Shown here in pieces: positions 1-12,973 of a stretch of 64,000 nucleotides of DNA. Numbering within the stretch: the first letter of the stretch is position 1; every line of letters begins with the position of its first letter. Below the pieces are notes generated by a model. The model saw only the letters and a program-made list of their open reading frames with translations. It searched no databases and had not been told where the DNA came from. The DNA is from Chiloscyllium plagiosum (lineage: Eukaryota), in NCBI RefSeq assembly GCF_004010195.1, contig NC_057728.1:46831402-46895401 (forward strand), given 5' to 3'. Both the position numbers and the translations under genes were made by a program.

Positions 1-125
1 TAGGCTGTCCCCCCCACCAGTATCCAAAGCGGTATACTTATTGTTTAAGGGGAAGACCACAGGGGATCCCTGCACTGCCTGCTTCCTCCCCTTCCCACCT
101 CTAACTGTTACCCAGCTACCTCTGT
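1..125 (-). mobile_element. CR1 LINE ORF1 fragment
   Basis: Minus strand translates GSWVTVRGGKGRKQAVQGSPVVFPLNNKYTALDTGGG, matching the WVTVR...PLNNKY..LDT motif of CR1 ORF1. Confidence 0.7.
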
Positions 126-300
126 TCTCTGGCGTTTACCATTGATTACATAATTAATTACTTATTTAACTTGATAAGGCAGTTTTAAATCATTGTCTAC
201 ACAATTCAACACAGATTAAATACAAGTTCTTTCACAATCAATACTAAGGCAGAAGTACAATGATAAAGTTACAAAATTGCAAAATGGGGTAATTACAGAC

Positions 301-388
301 CTCAGCTGAGAAGACTCAGCCAAGGAGGGAGGATGGGTGGCAGCACTATAACCCAGTGACAAGTCACCAGTGGTTTGTAATCTATTAT
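301..388 (-). CDS. Candidate internal exon of an unidentified minus-strand gene: (D)NRLQTTGDLSLGYSAATHPPSLAESSQL(R/S)
   Basis: Strong acceptor gttttgtttgttctttttactag|, donor AG|gtctgt, 88 nt open in phase 1 to 2; phase fits the 31262-31349 candidate. Confidence 0.45.
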
Positions 389-949
389 CTAGTAAAAAGA
401 ACAAACAAAACGCTTCACGAATAAAGGGAAGTTTATTATATACCATAATAATGAGTCTGCTGACTGAGCAATTTTGAATTAAACATGAAAAGAAGGAACA
501 ACTTTTTGATCAAATTACAATTGAAAATGTGGAAATCTGTTGGTGATTCAAACAGACAAAAAGAGGGCAACATTTCTCTCATTACCTAGTTTTCCTAGTG
601 GTAAGTGGATGAGAAAGCACATGAAATGCTGCAGCACCTACTGTACATCCAACATTGTATTAGGTTCAGTAAGTAGTGAAGGTAAAAATTGCACAACGTC
701 ATATTTGGACCCCACTATAAAATTCTTAGCCTTGCTAATAATTCCTTCCAGTCATTGGCCAGTAACTCAAATTGACCAGACTATTCACATTGAAATTAGC
801 CCTCACCAACTTCACATGCTCTTCTTCTACTTTTATAAAACTGCTTGCCTCAGCCTTTCTGTCACTGAAACACTCATTCATGTTTTCATCACCTCTAGGT
901 TTGGCCATCTAATTTTAGCTCTCTTGAAATACAAAATTCGTGCATCAAC

Positions 950-1095
950 CTGGATGGGTACATGAATAAGAAAGGTTAGCAGGGATATGGGCCAAATACT
1001 GGGAAATAGAATCAGATCAGTTTAGGATATCTTATCGGTGTGGTTGAGTTGAATGGAAGGGTCTCTTTCCATGCTGTATATCTCTCTGACACTAT
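950..1095 (+). mobile_element. CR1 LINE 3' end
   Basis: LDGYMNKKG-encoding end plus the same 3'UTR and tail as the copies near 14200-14340 and 60480-60630. Confidence 0.85.
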
Positions 1096-2236
1096 AAATC
1101 CTGCTCAGGCATCACTGCTAACCAATTATATATCCATATATACACACACATATATCATATAGATAAGATCCCAACACTCATCCCTATAGAAGGCCAGTAG
1201 TTTCTGATCTCCATACTGAAACACACTCTTCCACCATTACTTTTCTATGACCAAGCCAGTTTTGAATCTAGTCAGCTCACCCCGGGCAACCCTGGGCAGC
1301 CATTGCTCCCCAAACCTTGAACTTCTCACCATCAAATGCCACCCCTTTTATCGACCTTGGGAATTTACCGCTGCTATTCTAACTGCCATACCGCCACAAG
1401 CAAAGATTGAGGAAGCTCTGGATGTGCTGTACTCCACCACTAACACCCTGGAGATGGAACATCTTGAGGCCCTGTTTATTATAACTGGTGACTTCAGTCA
1501 AGCCAATCAAAGGAAGGTGTTGCCCAAGTACCACCAGAACATTATCTGCCTCACCAGAGGCCCGAACATTTTAGACCGCTGCTACACCACTGTGAAGGAT
1601 GACTACCACTCCATTGCCCTTCCCTTATTTCGCGAACTCCAACCACAATGCCATGCTTCTCCTGATTTCCAGGCAAAAGCTCAAGCAGGAAACCCCCTTT
1701 GCGGATACAGGTCCAGTGCTGGTCAGAGGAGGCAGAAGATCAACTCCGGTGCTGTCTGGAATCTGCTGACTGAGCCATGATCAAACAGTCCACAGGTACC
1801 TTGGTCGAGTACACCACCACCATCACAGACTTTATCAGCAAGTGAGTGGAGGACTGCAAACTGAGGAAGTCTATCCAGGCTTTCCCCAACTGGAAACCCT
1901 GGATGAATCAGGACATACAGAACCTGCTAAAAACCAGGCGTGAGGCCTTCAGATCAGGAGACCCACTCAAATGTAAGGAATCCAAGTATGACTTTCACAG
2001 AGCCATTAAGACAGCCAAGGACCAATACCGATCCAAACTAGAGACCCAGACAGACCCGGCGACTATGGCAAGGACTGAATGACATCGTAGGTTCGGAAAA
2101 GAGACAGTGCAAGATGGGAGATGATGACATATCCGTCCCAGATCTCAATGCCCTCTATGCTCGCTTTGAGCAGAATTTCGGCGAAGTGGTAATACCTTTT
2201 CTAACAATTCCTGACGAAACTTTCCCAACAGTCATT

Positions 2237-4322
2237 GAGTCATAGAGTCATAGAGATGTACAGCACAGAAACAGACCCTTTGGTCCAACCCGTCCATGCC
2301 GACCAGATATCCTAACCCAATCTAGTCCCACCTGCCAGCACCCAGGTCATATCCCTCCAAACCTTTCCTATTCATATACCCATCCAAATGCCTCTTAAAT
2401 GTTGCAATTGTACAAGCCTCCACCATTTCCTCTGGCAGATCATTCCATACACATACCATCGTCTGCATGGTATTGGTCAATACTCTGACCAATAAAGGAA
2501 AGCATACCAAACACCTTCTTCACTATCCTCTCTCCCTGCAACTCCACTTTCAAGGACCTATGAACCTGCACTCCAAAGTCTCTTTGTTCAGCAACACTCC
2601 ATAGGACCTTACCATTAAGAGTATAAGTCCTGCTAAGATTTGCTTTCCCAAAATGCAGCACCTCGCATTTATCTGAATTAAATTCCATCTGCCACTTCTC
2701 AGCCCATTGGCCCATCTGGTCAAGAGCTTGTTGTAATCTGAGATAACCCTCTTCGCTGTCCACTACACCTCCAATTTTGGTGTCATCTACAAACTTACTA
2801 ACTGTATCTCTTGTGCTCACATTCAAATCGTTTATGTAAATGACAAAATATAGAGGACCCAGCACTGATCCTTGTGGCACTCCTCTGGTCACAGGCCTCC
2901 AGCCTGATAAACAACCCTCCACCACCACCCTCTGTCTTCTACCTTTGAGCCAGTTCTGTATCCAAATGGCTAGTTCTCCCTGTATTCCGTGAGATCTAAC
3001 CTTGCTAATCAATCTCCCATGGGGAACCTTGTCAAATGCCCTCATCAATCCTCTTTGTTACTTCCTCAAAAAACTCAATATGTTGACTATCCCTAATCAG
3101 TCCTAGTCTTTCCAAATACATGTACATCCTGTCCCTCAGGATTCCCTCCCAACAACTTGCCCACCACTAATGTCAGGCTCACTGGTCTATAGTTCCCTGG
3201 CTTGTCCTTACCACCCTTCTTAAACAGTGGCACTGTTGGCTAACCTCCAGCCTTCCGGCACCTCACCTGTGACTATCAATGATACAAATATCTCAGCAAG
3301 AGGCCCAGCAATCACTTCTCCAGCTTCCCACAGAGTTTTCGGGTACACCTGATCAGGTCCTGGGGATTTATCCACCTTTGTGCATTTCAAGACATCTAGC
3401 ACTTCCTCCTCTGTAATATGGACATTTTGCAAGATGTCACGATCTATTTCACGATGGTCTATATTTTCCATATCCTTTTCCACTGTAAATACTGATGCAA
3501 AATACTCATTTAGTATCTCCCCCATCTCCTGCGGCTCCACACAAAAGACCGCCTTGTTGATCTTTGAGGGGAGAAAGTGAGGACTGCAGATGCTGACTGG
3601 AGATCAGAGCTGAAAATGTGTTGCTGGAAAAGCGCAGCAGGTCAGGCAGCATCCAAGGAGCAGGAGAATCGACGTTTCGGGCATGAGCCCTGAAGAAGGG
3701 CTCATGCCCAAAACGTCGATTCTCCTGCTCCTTGGATGCTGCCTGACCTGCTGATCTTTGAGAGGGCCTGTTCTCTCCCTACTTACCCTTTTGTCCTTAA
3801 TGTATTTGTAAAAGCTCTTTGGATTCCCCTTACTTCTATTTGCCAAAGCTATCTCGTGTCCCATTTTTGCCCTCCTGATTTCCCTCTTAAGTATACTCCT
3901 ACTTCCTTTATACTCTTCTAAGGATTCACTCGATCTATCCTGTCTGTACCTTACATATGCTTCCTTCTTTTTCTAAACCAAACCCTCAATTTCTTTAGTC
4001 ATCCAGCATTCCCTATATCTACCAGCCTTTCCTTTCACCCTAACAGGAATATACTTTCTCTGGATTCTCGTTATCTCATTTCTGAAGGCTTCCCATTTTC
4101 CAGCCATCCCTTTACCTGCGAACATCTGTCCCCAATCAGCTTTGAAAAGTTCTTGCCTAATACCATCAAAATTGGCCTTTCTCTAATTTAGAACTTCAAC
4201 TTTTAGATCTGGTCCATCCTTTTCCATCATTATTTTAAGTCTAATAGAATTATGGTCACTGGCCCCAGAAGTGCTCCCCCACTGACACCCCAGTCACCTG
4301 CTCTGCCTTATTTCCCAAGAGT
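2237..4322 (-). mobile_element. Younger CR1 LINE (ORF2 3' half with internal deletions) inserted into Rex1
   Basis: [35 protein letters not shown] motifs; tail at 2237-2260; removing it restores the Rex1 frame PTVI|ASEVRSVF. Confidence 0.95.
3569..3751. mobile_element. PLE-derived short fold-back element (family A) with hammerhead-like motif
   Basis: 11-bp TSD tgatctttgag (3558-3568, 3752-3762); about 55-bp inverted arms; ctgaaga-a-gggc-tcat-gccc-aaaa-cgtc. Confidence 0.85.
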
Positions 4323-6365
4323 GCATCAGAGGTCAGATCAGTTTTCCTTTTTGTGAATCCAAGGAAAGCGATGGGACAAGATGGATTACCAGGCCGTGCA
4401 CTCAGGACATGTGCAGATCATCTGGCAGAGGTCTTCTCGGACCTCTTCAACCTCTGCCTGCAGCAGCCTGCTGTCCCTGCCTGTTTTAAGAGGGCCAACA
4501 TCATCCCTGTGCCTAAGAAGGCTCATGCAGCATGTCTCAATGACTACCATCCAGTGGCCCTAACTTCAGTGGTTATGAAGTGCTTGGAAAGGTTGGTCAT
4601 GGCATTAATCATCTCCAGCCTCCCCATTACTCCTGACCCACTCCAATTTGCCTATCGGACCAACAGTTCCATGTCAGATGCCATATCACTTGCCCTTCAC
4701 ACCTACCTAGAACCTATCTTGGCACCAAGAGCAGCTATGTAAGAATCCTGCTCAGTGACTACAGTTCAGCATTCAACACTACAATTCCCTCGAGAATAAT
4801 TACTAAACTTAGTGATCTCGGACTAAGCCCCACTCTCTGCAACTGGATCCTCAGTTTCCTGACCCACAGGCCACAATCAGTGAAAATTGGGGACAATATT
4901 CCATTGTCACTAACACTCAACACTGGAGCCTCCCAGAGGTGCATACTCAGCCCATATTGTACTCATTGTATACCCATGACTGCGTCGCCAAATACCAGAC
5001 TAATGCCATTTACAAGTTCGCTGATGACACCACCATAATCGGTCAAATCTCAGATGGCGACGAAACAGACTACAGAGGGGAGGTGGAAGACCTAGAAAAA
5101 TAGTGCACTGAGAACAACCTAGCTCTCAATGCCAGCAAAACCAAGAAACTCATTTTTGACTTTTGGCGGGCTGTTACTCATGCCCCCCCCTACATATTAA
5201 CCGCACAGAGGTGGAGGGAGTGGAGTGTGTCAAGCTCCTGGGAGTGGTCATCCACAAGAAGCTTTCTTTGACTCTTCATGTGGATGCACTGGTTACAAAG
5301 GCCCAACAATGTCTCTTCTTTCTCAGGCAGCTGAAGAAATTTAGCATGACAGCGAATACCCTTGCCAACCTTTATAGGTGCGCCATCGAGAGCATTCTGT
5401 CTGGATGTATCGCTACCTGGTATGGCAACTGTACCATTCAAGATCAGAGATGGTTACAGAGAGTGGTGAACTCAGCCTGGACAATCACAAGGGCCAACCT
5501 CTCATCTATGAAATCCATCTACCAGGCCTGCTGTCAAGGAAAGGCCACCAGCATTTTAAAAGATCCATCCAAACCTGGCAATGTTTTTCTCCAACCTCTA
5601 CCATCGGGAAGAAGGTACAGAAGCCTGAACACATGCATCAGTCGGTTTCACAACAGTTTCTACCCTACTGTTGTTAGAATACTGAATGGACTCACAAACT
5701 CTTAACATTCACCTGTACCTGTGTTTTTGTTTTTGTTGCTGTTTATCTATTATTTACTAACTATACTAATTGACTTTGTGATCTGCCTGTATTGCTCGCA
5801 AGACAAAGTTTTTCACTGTGCCTCGGTACATGTGCCAATAAATTCAATTCAATTCCATTCCATTCAATTCACCCTGGATCCCATGAGGCTCTACTGTACC
5901 AGCCTACTAAGGGGTACATTATCAAATGCCTTACTATAGTCCAATAGACAATATCCACTTCCTTACTCTCATCAGCCATTCTTGCCACCTCCTCAAAAAA
6001 CTCATTCAATTGGTGAGACATGACCTTCTATGCACAAACCCATGCTGCCTATCACTAATGAATCCATTCGCTTCCAAATGTGAATAAATCCTGTCTCTCG
6101 GTATCTTCTCCAACAGATTTCTGACAACTGACATCAGGCTCACCAGCCTGTAATTACCTGGATTATCTCTGCTTCCTTTCTCAAACAAAGGAACAACATT
6201 GTCCAGTCCTTTGGCCAAAATCTCACCTGAGGCCAAAGACGATGCAAAAATATCTGTTAGGAGCCCCAGCTATTTCCTCCCTTGCCTTCCACAGCATCCT
6301 GGCTAGGATTTTTCCGGTCTGCTAACACACCCAGTTTTATATGTGAGCATAACTGATACTTGTCA

Positions 6366-6503
6366 AAATCAAAAATCAGGTGATGAAGGAGCGGCACTCC
6401 GAAAGCTAGTGTGCTTCCAATTAAACCTGTTGGACTATAACCTGGTGTTGTGTGATTTTTAACTTTGTACACCCCAGTCCAACACCGGCATCTCCAAATC
6501 ATG
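6366..6503 (+). mobile_element. PLE-derived short element (family B)
   Basis: gtgatgaaggagcggcactccgaaagctagtg... body as in 20513-20965; TSD tgatacttgtca/tgatatttgtca. Confidence 0.8.
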
Positions 6504-7072
6504 ATATTTGTCAGGTGGTGATGTATCTTCTTCCACTGCCATAGACCATGTAGAGTAGATACACCCAAAGCACAGTGGGGAGGGAGTTCTGACCTTTGAA
6601 CAAATAACACTGTCAAAAAAGTTTCAAAACAAAATGTTACACAATGGTACTGTATATATACATATATATATATATATATTTCTGCATTGACCTCTCACCC
6701 TGAAACTAACCCGACTCCAAACACAGCTTTGCCTATTGCTCACTCTGACCTCTTTAACATCTTTTCCCTTCAACACTTGAATCTTCTTCTTCGACTTTGA
6801 CAGATACAGTTGTCTGATAACTTTCTTGTGATGGTCTTGAAAATACTTTTCTGCATTAAGTATGCAGTATAATTGCAAAATATCATCACTCTTTTCCTGA
6901 TACGTGCTGCTGGATGGCAAAACTGAACATTCGGCAAGTCTCTCAGTGACCTTCAATATTATAAAACTGACTTTATGGAGATATATTCACTCACCATAAC
7001 ACACATTTGAAAAGTCATACCTTGACATAAACTACCGCTTTGTAAAAACTCACAACTCTCTGGAATCCAGGA

Positions 7073-7610
7073 TGTCAAAGAGATGAGGGTAGGTGAGGAC
7101 TTGGAAACAATCATTATCACGGAAGCGGTAGTGTTGCGCAAGCTAATGGAGCTAAGGATAGATACGTCTCCTGGCCCTGATGGAATGCATCCCAGGGTAC
7201 TAAAAGAAATGGCAGGAGAAATAGCAAGTGCACTTGTAGTAACTTTCCAAAATTCACTGGACTCTGGGGCAGTTCCAGCAGATTAGAAAATAGCAAACGT
7301 GACACCACTGTTTATAAAGGATGGTAGACAAAAGATGGGGAATTATAGACCAGGTAGCTTAACTTCTGTACTGGCAAAATGCTTGAGTCCATTATCAAGG
7401 AAGAAACAGCAAGGCATCTGCATAGAAATTGTCCCATTGGGCAGATGCAGCATGGGTTCATGATGGGAAGGTCATACTTAACTAATCTTTTAGAATTCTA
7501 TGACGGCATTACGAGCATGGTGGACAACAGGAACCCAGTAGAAGTGGTGTACCTAGATTTACAAAAGTCCTTTAACAAGATGTTGCACAAGAGGCTGCTG
7601 CATAAGATAT
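7073..7610 (+). mobile_element. CR1 RT N-terminal fragment
   Basis: SPGPDGMHPRVLKE, NYRP, QHGF, VVYLDLQKSFNK with stops and frameshifts. Confidence 0.9.
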
Positions 7611-7677
7611 CTATTACCTTCATAATTTTATATGTTTCTGTAAGATCCCCCATCATTCCTTTATATTCAAATGAATA

Positions 7678-7860
7678 TACAGAGGAACCTTGAATATCCG
7701 AATATTAGTTATCTGCTTATCAGATTATCTGAAGGAGGTCTCGACGTCCCGATAGAAACATTACATCAAAGAGCTGTTTCAACCCTGATCACGTCTTTTG
7801 TTTAATGTGATTAAAAACAATCTTGGCTCACTGAAATGCTGCCGAGAACAGTCCTGAACA
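7678..7860 (+). mobile_element. Probable pogo/Tigger-like DNA transposon end
   Basis: TA-CAGAGGAACCTTGAATATCCG start resembles Tigger-type terminal inverted repeats; matching second end not found. Confidence 0.4.
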
Positions 7861-7990
7861 TTGAGTTAAGGAATATGGTGAGAGGGCGGGTAAATGGAGC
7901 TGAGGCCATGAGAAGATCAGCCACGATCTTATTGAATGGCAGAGCAGGCCTAATGGCCTACTCCTGCTCCTAGTTCTTATGTTTTTATGA
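7861..7990 (+). mobile_element. CR1 3' tail
   Basis: ...gaatggcagagcaggcc...ggcctactcctgctcctagttcttatg. Confidence 0.75.
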
Positions 7991-8634
7991 TATACCTCTT
8001 TGACAGAAACAAGAAAATGTTTTTCTGTGTAATAATAAGCAAACATTATAAGAATTATGAAAAGAATGAATAAACAAACAAAATTATAAACAAACAAAGA
8101 ATGTTTGGCTTTGAAACAAGGGATTTCTGGAAATTCAATTTTGTTGCAACACTGTTAATCATGTGGAAACATCTGTCCTTCTCATTTTTATTTTAACAAA
8201 AGATGAGTTTCATCCCTCAGTTAAAGGGTTAATAATCTCAACAGACACGTGATCTCACACTGAACTTATATTGTGCCTTTTGCAGAAGGTATATTAATGC
8301 ACAAGCCAAAATATATGAATATCGACATTTTAAAAGCTAAGTGTCATTACTGAAATTAAATTTGGGAATCTGCAGCCACACTAACCAATAGTTGTCTCCA
8401 TAGTGAATTTATCACATGGGAGTGTGTCTGAGATCATTGATTAACTCTAATTTATAATTTACAGTAACTTTATCATCGGCACACTGACCACTACTTTTAT
8501 AGACTAAAAGAGATGAGGCTGATCTAGTGAGCATAATGATATTTTTCATAAGGGATTGTTTAAGTCTATTCAAATAATTTGAATGTCACAATTGTCCCCT
8601 GGCAAAGAAAGAAATGCTTAGTCATGTAAAGGTA

Positions 8635-9040
8635 GAAGATTATATGTAGTAGGAACAGGGGAAGGCTGTTTGATCCTTCAAGTTTGTTCCACTACACAAT
8701 AAAATCATGGCTGATCTAAGTTGGTCTTAATCCCACTGTTATACCTGTGGCCCATAAACCTTGACCTCCTTGTGAAACAAAAATTTGTCTAACTCAGCCT
8801 TGTGTTTATTCAATGACCCAGAGCATCTGTTCTCAAGTGGAAAATAATTCCAGCGACCTGTGAAAGAAGCAATTCTTCCTCGTCTGTATCATAAATGGGA
8901 GATGCATCATTCTGTAACTTTAATCCCTCATTGTGCATTCACTCCTTATAAGATTATGCATCCTTTCATCATCTCCCTGTACCGGAGACTCAAAATCCCA
9001 TGTCAGTAAGGTTGCCTTTTATTCTTCTGAACTCCAATGG
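8635..9040 (-). mobile_element. Old CR1 3' fragment
   Basis: Degenerate reverse complement of the CR1 tail and ORF2 end. Confidence 0.6.
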
Positions 9041-10759
9041 GGTAAATTTTATGCAGCGGGGTGGCAGGTAGTTTGACTACCAGCCCTACCTGTTAAAGGT
9101 GAGACTAACTACGCAGCAGGAAGCTGGATTACCTGGAAATGGAAGGATGGTCAGCTCACTGGTCCTCCAGGCTGGGATGTCTAAATAGCGAAGGAACAGG
9201 CCGTGAGTTGCAGGCTGGTCAAGGTCACCCAGTTGACAGTATCCCAGTCTTAGTTGATGGCAGCCAATGAGTATGGCTGTATCAGGTGGTTTCTTGACTA
9301 GATTGTGCCTGAGCTTGGCCCAATGTTGGCACTAGCCCCTAGATATTGCTAAGGATGACTTTGCAGGGCTGAAGGGGCTGAATTTACTGTTCAGCTTTCC
9401 AGTGTCTACATCAGGTCTGTCGAGTTTTGGTCCTCCTTTGAGACTTTTAGTGGTTTGATACAACTGAGTGGATTGTCAGACCATTTCAGGGGGCAGTTCG
9501 GAGCCAACCACATGCTGTGGGCATGGAGTTACATGTAGGCCAGACCGCAGGTCAGGTGCAGAGGTGGTGAGGCTCCAGTGGAGGCGTGATGAGAATGTGA
9601 CATTGATGTCTTCTGACTTTGGAGGCTTGCAGAATTCAAGGAGGAAGGTGTGTCTCAAAACGGAAGGAGTGAAGATTTAAATCGTCACCAAATATTGTGA
9701 GAGTTTTTTTTTTACAAACGTCTCTGTCTGAAGTCCCCTTGAATGATGGTAATTGCCTCCAATCTTCTTGTTTCCCCATAGATGAAACATTGGCAGCTGC
9801 AGCCACAAGCCCCAAAGGATCAAGGTGAACTGCAGAGGGTGATGAGTAGGAGGAAAGCTCAGAAAGTGCAGTATCACATCCATGATCCACACCAAGCACC
9901 AGCACAGAAACACAGACTTCAGGGGTTATGCACAAGTCAACTCAAATATATCTACTTACTGATACAAGCATAACACAGTTACAACCCCAGCTTTTGGAGA
10001 CTGAAAGAGAACAAGCCTCTGACAGTTAAAGGAGGCCTAAATGCCACGCCCCACTCTGATGATGAGCCTCTGGATTTGTCCATCAAGTGATAAATCTGGA
10101 TGCACAATGCAATGTACGTGAAGGTATGGCAGAGCGTAAGATTGTATGTTATGATACAGAGAGGAGAGGAGGCCCTGTAAGGCATGAACATGATGATCAT
10201 CAACTCTTCAAAACTACATCTTTCCCCATCAAGACGTTAAGGGCAAACCCCAGCAGCGTACTGATGGGAAACTGGGTATGCATTCTAACCTGCACCTCAT
10301 TGCCTTGTCTCTTGAGCACCATTCTTAAAGAAGGGGTGCAGTGGTGAGGAACCTGGAACCACATCCAGATCCTGATGCCTCTCAAGCAAATAGCCAGCAC
10401 TGTGATGGATGTGCATTTGCAGCTGCCTTTGGCAGGAACAAACTCTCTTCCTTTCCGCTATGGACAGCTTCTCCTCCTCCCAGCCCACCATTGACAATAA
10501 TGCCTTAGATTGCTGCAGTGACTGATGTGCCTCCTACTAGCATTAAGAGTCTTCCACTATTTTGGATCCGAATGGTCACAGGAAGCCCCTAAAAAACATC
10601 CCATCATTGGTCACCAAATGGCTACAGCACAATGGGCAGTGCATTTGTAATCAATTACTGTATTGCCCCACATATCAGTCATTCAAAGGTTCAGGCCATT
10701 GAACATCCCTGCCACTTGAGAGTGCCAAGGTATGTTTCCATGCATTGTGACAAACCTGC

Positions 10760-10960
10760 ATTACACTTTATAAATGATCACTCACAATCTGCACACTGAT
10801 GAGGTTATATCCTTCTCTACTAACATCTGCGCAGTCAATGACCCCTTGCACCTTCAGGAAGACAGTCTTGTTAGCAAGGCCTCTGGCATTTTCTGCTTGA
10901 CTTGCATTGCCACAGATAAATGAGATAAACATAGGAGCATGCCCTGAAAATGACATTCAT
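10760..10960 (-). mobile_element. PIF/Harbinger transposase remnant
   Basis: KVQGVIDCA...REGYNLISVQIVSDH resembles the Harbinger/HARBI1 motif VQG.IDCTH...RKGYHSINVQ.VCDH. Confidence 0.65.
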
Positions 10961-11507
10961 AAAACCTTTACAAGGCACGAGTCACAGGCCGTGAAAATCT
11001 GCAAAGAACTCTAAATGATTCCGGGAATAATCCAGAGGTGAGAATCTTCAAGTCCATGGTATGTTTTGGTGTCACAAGCATTATATGATCAATCCAGGCA
11101 ATTGGAAACGATCTCCCCAGAACATGTCGCATAGAAATATAGAGGCAGGAGTAGGCCATTTGGTCCTTGGAGCCGCTCCCGTCATTCAATCTGATCATGG
11201 CTAATCCTCCATCTCACTACCATACTGGTGGTTTCTCCCCATACCCTTTAAAACCTAAAAAAACTACCTCTTTCTCAGATATAATCAGTGACATGGCCTC
11301 CACAGCCTCCGGCAGCTGGAAATTCCATATGTATAATATCCGTAGAATGAAGATATTTTTCCTCTTCTCAGCCTTTAATGGCCTACCCTGTATCCTGAGA
11401 CTGTGACTTCAGGTTCTTGACTCCCCAAGGCGGGAAAAGATCTTCCCTGCATCCTGTCTGTCCACCTCTGCTAGAATCTTATATGTTTCAATCAGATGTC
11501 CTCTCAT

Positions 11508-12356
11508 CTAATGCTAATGGTAAGATTCTTGGTAGTGTAGATGAGCAGAGAGATCTCGGTGTCCAGGTACACAGATCCTTGAAAGTTGCCACCCAGGTTG
11601 ACAGGGTTGTTAAGAAGTCATACAGTGTTTTAGCTTTTATTAATAGAGGGATCGAGTTCCGGAACCATGAGGTTATGCTACAACTGTACAAAACTCTCGT
11701 GCGGCCGGACTTGGAGTATTGTGTACAGTTCTGGTCACCGCATTATAAGAAGGATGTGGAAGCTTTGGAAAGGGTGCAGAGGAGATTTACTAAGACTTTG
11801 CCTGGTATGGAGGGAAGGTCTTACAAGGAAAGGCTGAGGGACTTGAGGCTGTTTTCGTTAGAGAGAAGAAGGTTGAGAGGTGACTCAATAGAGACATATA
11901 AGATATCAGAGAGTTAGATAGGGTGGACAGGAAGAGCCTTTTTCCAAGAATGGTGACGGCGAGCACGAGGGGGCATAGCTTTCAACTGAGGAGTGATAGA
12001 TATAGGACAGATGTCAGAGGTAGTTTATTTACTCAGAGAGTAGTAAGGGTATGGAATGCTTTGAGGAGAAAGTGAGCACTGCAGATGCTGGAGATCAGAG
12101 CTGAAAATGTGTTGCTGGAAAAGCGCAGCAGGTCAGGCAGCATCCAAGGAGCAGGAGAATCGAAGTTTCGGGCATGAGCCCTTCCTGCAACGGTAGTAGA
12201 TTCGCCAACTTTAAGTACATTTAAGTCGTCATTGGACAAGCATATGGACGTACATGGAATAGTGTAGGTTAGATGGGCTTCAGATTGGTATGACAGGTCG
12301 GCACAACATCGAAGGCCGAAGGACCTGTACTGCGCTGTAATGTTCTATGTTCTATG
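11508..12356 (+). mobile_element. CR1 LINE 3' part
   Basis: EQRDLGVQVH, LYKTLVRPDLEYCVQFWSP, LERVQRRFT, LFSLERRRLRGD; (gttctat)n tail. Confidence 0.95.
12064..12183 (-). mobile_element. PLE-derived family A element inside CR1
   Basis: Same body as 3569-3690; the CR1 rejoins as tggaatgctttg|cctgcaacgg. Confidence 0.85.
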
Positions 12357-12879
12357 TCCTTCTAAACTCGAGTGAATATAGACCCCCCTGAACTAATCTC
12401 TCCTCAGGACAATGCTGCTATCTCCACTATCAGCCTAGTAAACCTCTGATGCATTTCCTCTTCGCAAGTGTATCCTCTCCTAGGTTGGGAGACCAATACT
12501 GAATGTTTCAGATGTGGTCTCACCAAAGTTCTGTATAATTATAATAAGGCATGTTGAGTTCTGAACTCGAATGCTCTTGCAATGAAGGCCAATATCAACT
12601 ATTTGCCTTTCCAGTTGTTAGCTGCACCTGCCTATCTACTTTCATTGACTGGCTTACAAGGACATCCAGATCCCTCTATACACAGAGCAGTGCCTGATTC
12701 CCTTAGGGGATGCAGTTTTCTGAGGGACAGTTAGTTGGACATATGGACATAAGCTATCATCACACAAGGTTATGTTTTCCCATCTCTCTGCCTGCCTGAT
12801 GATGCTGCCTGTTCTCCATAGTCTCTCGCACTTCAATAAGTTGCACATCTTTCAGGTCAACTAGACACTACTGTTCCAG

Positions 12880-12973
12880 ATTCTGGATTAGTGGTGTTGG
12901 AAGAGCACAGCAGTTCAGGCAGCATCCGAGGAGCAGTAAAATTGACGTTTCGGGCAAAAGCCCTTCATCAGGA
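12880..12973 (-). mobile_element. PLE-derived family A variant with intact hammerhead core
   Basis: TSD actactgttccag/actactgtcccag; minus strand CUGAUGA-A-GGGC-uuuu-GCCC-GAAA-CGUC. Confidence 0.8.

Larger units (their letters stand above)
1286..5868 (+). mobile_element. Rex1/Babar-clade LINE, 5'-truncated and decayed (APE 1290-2236; RT and C-terminus 4323-5705; (CAATT)n-like tail)
   Basis: APE motifs LTIKCHPFY..WEF, GDFSQAN, TRGPNILDRCYT; RT motifs NPRKA.GQDG, CLNDYHPVALTSVVMKCLERLV, DPLQFAY, KFADD; C-terminal LPSGRRYRS...SFYP; AATAAA then caattc repeats; 9-bp TSD tcaccccgg/tcaccctgg. Confidence 0.92.
1100..6310 (-). mobile_element. Old CR1 RT fragment (about 1100-1285 plus 5869-6310) split by a Rex1 insertion
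   Basis: 6006-6236 gives NYRLVSLMSVVRNLLEKI...QHGF; the flanks rejoin as ...gctcaccc|tggatcccatg. Confidence 0.7.
11130..12655 (-). mobile_element. Old CR1 3' fragment interrupted by a younger CR1
   Basis: Tail at 11130; ...cctctcatc|cttctaaac rejoins across 11508-12356. Confidence 0.65.

Noticed and set aside
540..965. 141-aa plus-strand ORF
   Set aside because: No recognisable motif, and it runs into repeat-derived sequence
1247..5705. Functional reverse transcriptase genes
   Set aside because: All LINE ORFs are truncated or broken by stops and frameshifts
6650..6680. (AT)n microsatellite
   Set aside because: Ordinary short simple repeat
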